A stretch of 64,000 nucleotides of DNA, taken from Lingula anatina (taxonomy: Eukaryota > Animalia > Brachiopoda). The DNA lies in contig CM120649.1 of NCBI GenBank assembly GCA_051362555.1, positions 2,046,001 through 2,110,000 of the forward strand. Direction: 5' to 3'. Of the stretch, positions 61,076 through 64,000 are shown piece by piece; the stretch's first letter is position 1, and each line of letters starts with the position of its first letter. The notes under the pieces are model-generated. The model ran no database searches, had not been told where the DNA came from, and saw nothing but the letters and a program-made list of their open reading frames with translations. A program made the position numbers and the translations under genes.

Positions 61076-61730
61076 TTACCTTGTTGCCATATTTTCTCAA
61101 ATTGTTTTTATTTATTGACCCTTTTTTCATCGTGTTCGTTCTTTTTACTTCGCATCTCTAAACATAATGACTAGCTTGCCTGCTGCCCCGTCAAGTGGCG
61201 CCCCAAGCGGGAAAAGTTGTCACTAATAAGTCTATTACGACAATTTGTGACCAGCTTAATAAGTTTTTATTGGCTTATACTACACATATAAATTTTTCCA
61301 TTTACTTTTCACAGTGGTAACCAAGGAACGATCTCTTAGTCTGAGTTGCAACAAAATTCATAACAGAGATAAAAACAACGTGAAACTCTATTAAATTCAT
61401 TACTGCTTGGTTTCCACTTGGAATTCGTTTGCTGAACATTAAATTAAGTACAGAGGCGTAATTAGAATTTTATTTAAAAATTCCGTCTCAATGATGCCTG
61501 GATTCCTGGTTGAAAATTTTGCACAGGCATGATAATCACATCCATAGCCAAATCAACCCAAAAAAGGCCCAGTACACAGCTAAAATATCTTTTGCCTTGT
61601 TTTTTTTTTCTTCTAAAAATATGTACTGCGCGTAAAGGGAACTTTTCAAAATTTTCAACTGTGTGTGTGTGCGTAAATTTGGCAGAAAATACCGACCAAC
61701 CCTTAAATTCAGTTGCCATGACTGTTTGAG

Positions 61731-62160
61731 TCCCGTTTATACTGAGACAGCGTTCTTTTTGCGCCCCTTCTACGATCAAAGATGTGCTCATAGAGGACAT
61801 CGTTCTGTGTAAAACCCCCTTTATACTGGACGGCGTCCTTTGTGCAGCCATGAAACTGACCAGGTCGCCGTTGAATTCTTAAAATCGAACACAGCAAGTC
61901 GTACACAGCAAGTTCAAACAGCGCTGAGGACGCCATGATCGCCACTTAGTTTTGAACATGTTCAAAACAATCGCACAAAGCTGCTGTGGCGACGTGCCGC
62001 CTGCTTTGAATGTATTTATTATGTATATCTTTATTGTAGAAATAAATCTGTTAAAAAAATCGCACAAAGAGCGTGGTGGCTGTGGAGGTTGCTCAATGCA
62101 TATGGAAGCAGAGAGGACGTACATGCATCGCTTTGGTTGCACAATGAAAGCTCAATGATC
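61731..62160. mobile_element. Harbinger-like transposon end remnant related to the 29658 MITE
   Basis: AACCCCCTTTATACTGGACGGCGTCCTTT at about 61813 matches the 29658 TIR. The region is CpG-rich. Confidence 0.5.
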
Positions 62161-62535
62161 GTCCAGTTGTTGGCACGCAAATTATTATTTTTTAACTTTC
62201 AGATGAGGTTGTGCTCGGGTATTTTTTTTTTTTACCATGGAAGAAAATCTACGGGTTACAGCAACTTGAGGTCTCATATCGTCCTCCAATAAGTATTTCT
62301 TTTCTAAAATCCTGAACCGATCAAAATTAGTATTTTGCTTTTTTTCACGATGCAGTTAATTGGGCAGTTTTTTTTTTTTTTTTTTGCAGAATGCGTATTC
62401 TTCTTTTGAAAATATTGTAACAATAGTAATCTGACCTATTACCAATCCATGCAGACCATGCATTACTGTAGTTTGAAAAATAAGTTTATTCTGAATTATT
62501 TGTTTTGTTTTCTGGAGACGTTTGTAATTAGGTTA

Positions 62536-63499
62536 GGCCACACTTTTTTATTTTTATGGATGACATCCTCTGGGTACCCCAAAATCGGTGCGCGAGGGCG
62601 AAAAAAAAAAGTCCAAAAAAAATACTGCTTAAGTAAAGGAATGCTGTCAGTACACAGCTGGAAACACAAATTTTACCACAGAAACACGTATCAATCTAAC
62701 AATATGTCTTTATCCATGCTCTAAAAATATTAAAGCAATGTGAATACTTCGTAGATATGTAAAAAAGTCATGAATAGATATACTTCATATTACCAAATCT
62801 ATTTAAGGTTATTTCATGAATTCAGTTGGTATAGCAATCAATAAAACAAATATCAATCAAACAGTGTGTCTTTATTTGTATTCTCAGAATATTAAAGCAT
62901 TTTGAACACTTCACAGAAATGTTTAAAAAATGATGCAAAGATATGCTTAATACTGCCAAATCTATTAAAGGTCAATTCGGACGATGCCATTTTGTCTACT
63001 TCAACTCACACGAAGCAGCCAAACTGTCAGGTGGCCTGTCCCACCTTCAGCCCACCAAATACCTCGACGCCCTTGTCGTCCCTTTTTTCGCTACAGAAAA
63101 CCTGGTATAAATGTGCAGCTTTGTACAGAATGTCACAGAAATTTTTCGGCGGCCGCCAGCCTTTCGCACAATTGTAAAAAGGTGATATCTCCATGCCAAA
63201 TATCAATGGCATACCAATCCAAAACGATGGCGCCCGTTCTCTTTATTACTTTAATTGTTGAGTTATTTGAAAGTAATCCTAGAGATGAATTTGACGGCAA
63301 AGTGGATGCATTTCCATGTAGCGAAAATACACATGCGCAGAAAGCTCATTTCCTGGCAAATTCAATAACGACATTTGCCACAACCGACTTTGTTGGGGGC
63401 TGGGGGGGGGGGGGGGCTTTTTTTTTTTTTTTTTTTGGAGAACGGGCGAAAATCGGTGCGCGCGCAGGATGTCATCCATAAATTTTAAAAAGTGTGGCC
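62536..63499. mobile_element. 964-bp non-autonomous DNA transposon (Harbinger/Zator-like)
   Basis: TIR GGCCACACTTTTT..TATGGATGACATCCT / AGGATGTCATCCATA..AAAAAGTGTGGCC with TTA on both flanks. Confidence 0.8.
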
Positions 63500-64000
63500 T
63501 TACCGGATTAGAATTGATGAAAGCATATTTAAAGTCAGAATATGTCACAGGACGCCAAATCAACCCCCATCGGTCTTGCAGGAGGCAGAAAGATCGTAGA
63601 ATGGTCATTACTGATGTACGATAAAGGTGCCTTTGTGTACAATGAACGCAAAAAGGATGCACAACTGTAGCTCAAACATCGCAATGGACGCCGTGGCTTC
63701 CTCATGAGACAGACAGACAGACCGCTCAGAGGACGCTTAGGTCGCTCAGACGTCTCTCGCAGGTTATAGTAGGCTTGTTAAGGGGTCAAACGCTGCATTT
63801 TATAGTACAAATGTCTAACTTGGCATAAATGTTTCTTGGGCCAAAAAAATTTTTTTTCATCCAAAGAGACATGCTCTATCGATGCATAAATTAGCATAAA
63901 GTATGCAAATTAGGTGCCAAAATATATAACATTATAACATATTAACAAGTAAAAACTACATTCAGTCCTTCAACGGACGCACAAGGGAGGCCAACGCAGA

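Noticed and set aside
1-64000. tRNA, rRNA, or prokaryotic defence and operon systems
   Set aside because: None were recognisable by eye, and the gene structure is spliceosomal throughout.

Overview
AT-rich eukaryotic genomic DNA with GT-AG introns, most likely from a marine invertebrate; the exact taxon cannot be determined from the sequence. Four protein-coding genes were rebuilt by hand with consistent exon phases. (1) A MINDY4B-like pseudo-deubiquitinase (+, about 5230-17549) that lacks the catalytic Cys and His. (2) A 10-exon flavin-containing monooxygenase (-, 20869-27089). (3) CAB39/MO25 (+, 35750-42925), probably sharing a bidirectional promoter with the FMO. (4) A ZNFX1-family helicase/NF-X1/RZ-finger gene (+, ending at 57374). 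Introns and intergenic DNA carry Helentron-type non-autonomous elements with 146-bp internal satellites, several MITE families, LINE remnants and local tandem duplications. The most notable signal is an exon encoding a putative membrane anchor plus TRADD-N-like domain that splices in frame onto an RGG exon and then ZNFX1. Other signals: three stop-containing partial copies of exon starts placed just upstream of the real exons, erosion of conserved ZNFX1 residues, and a nested MITE carrying an array of heat-shock-element-like palindromes. All homology calls come from recalled family motifs, not database searches. Most short ORFs in the supplied track are spurious.
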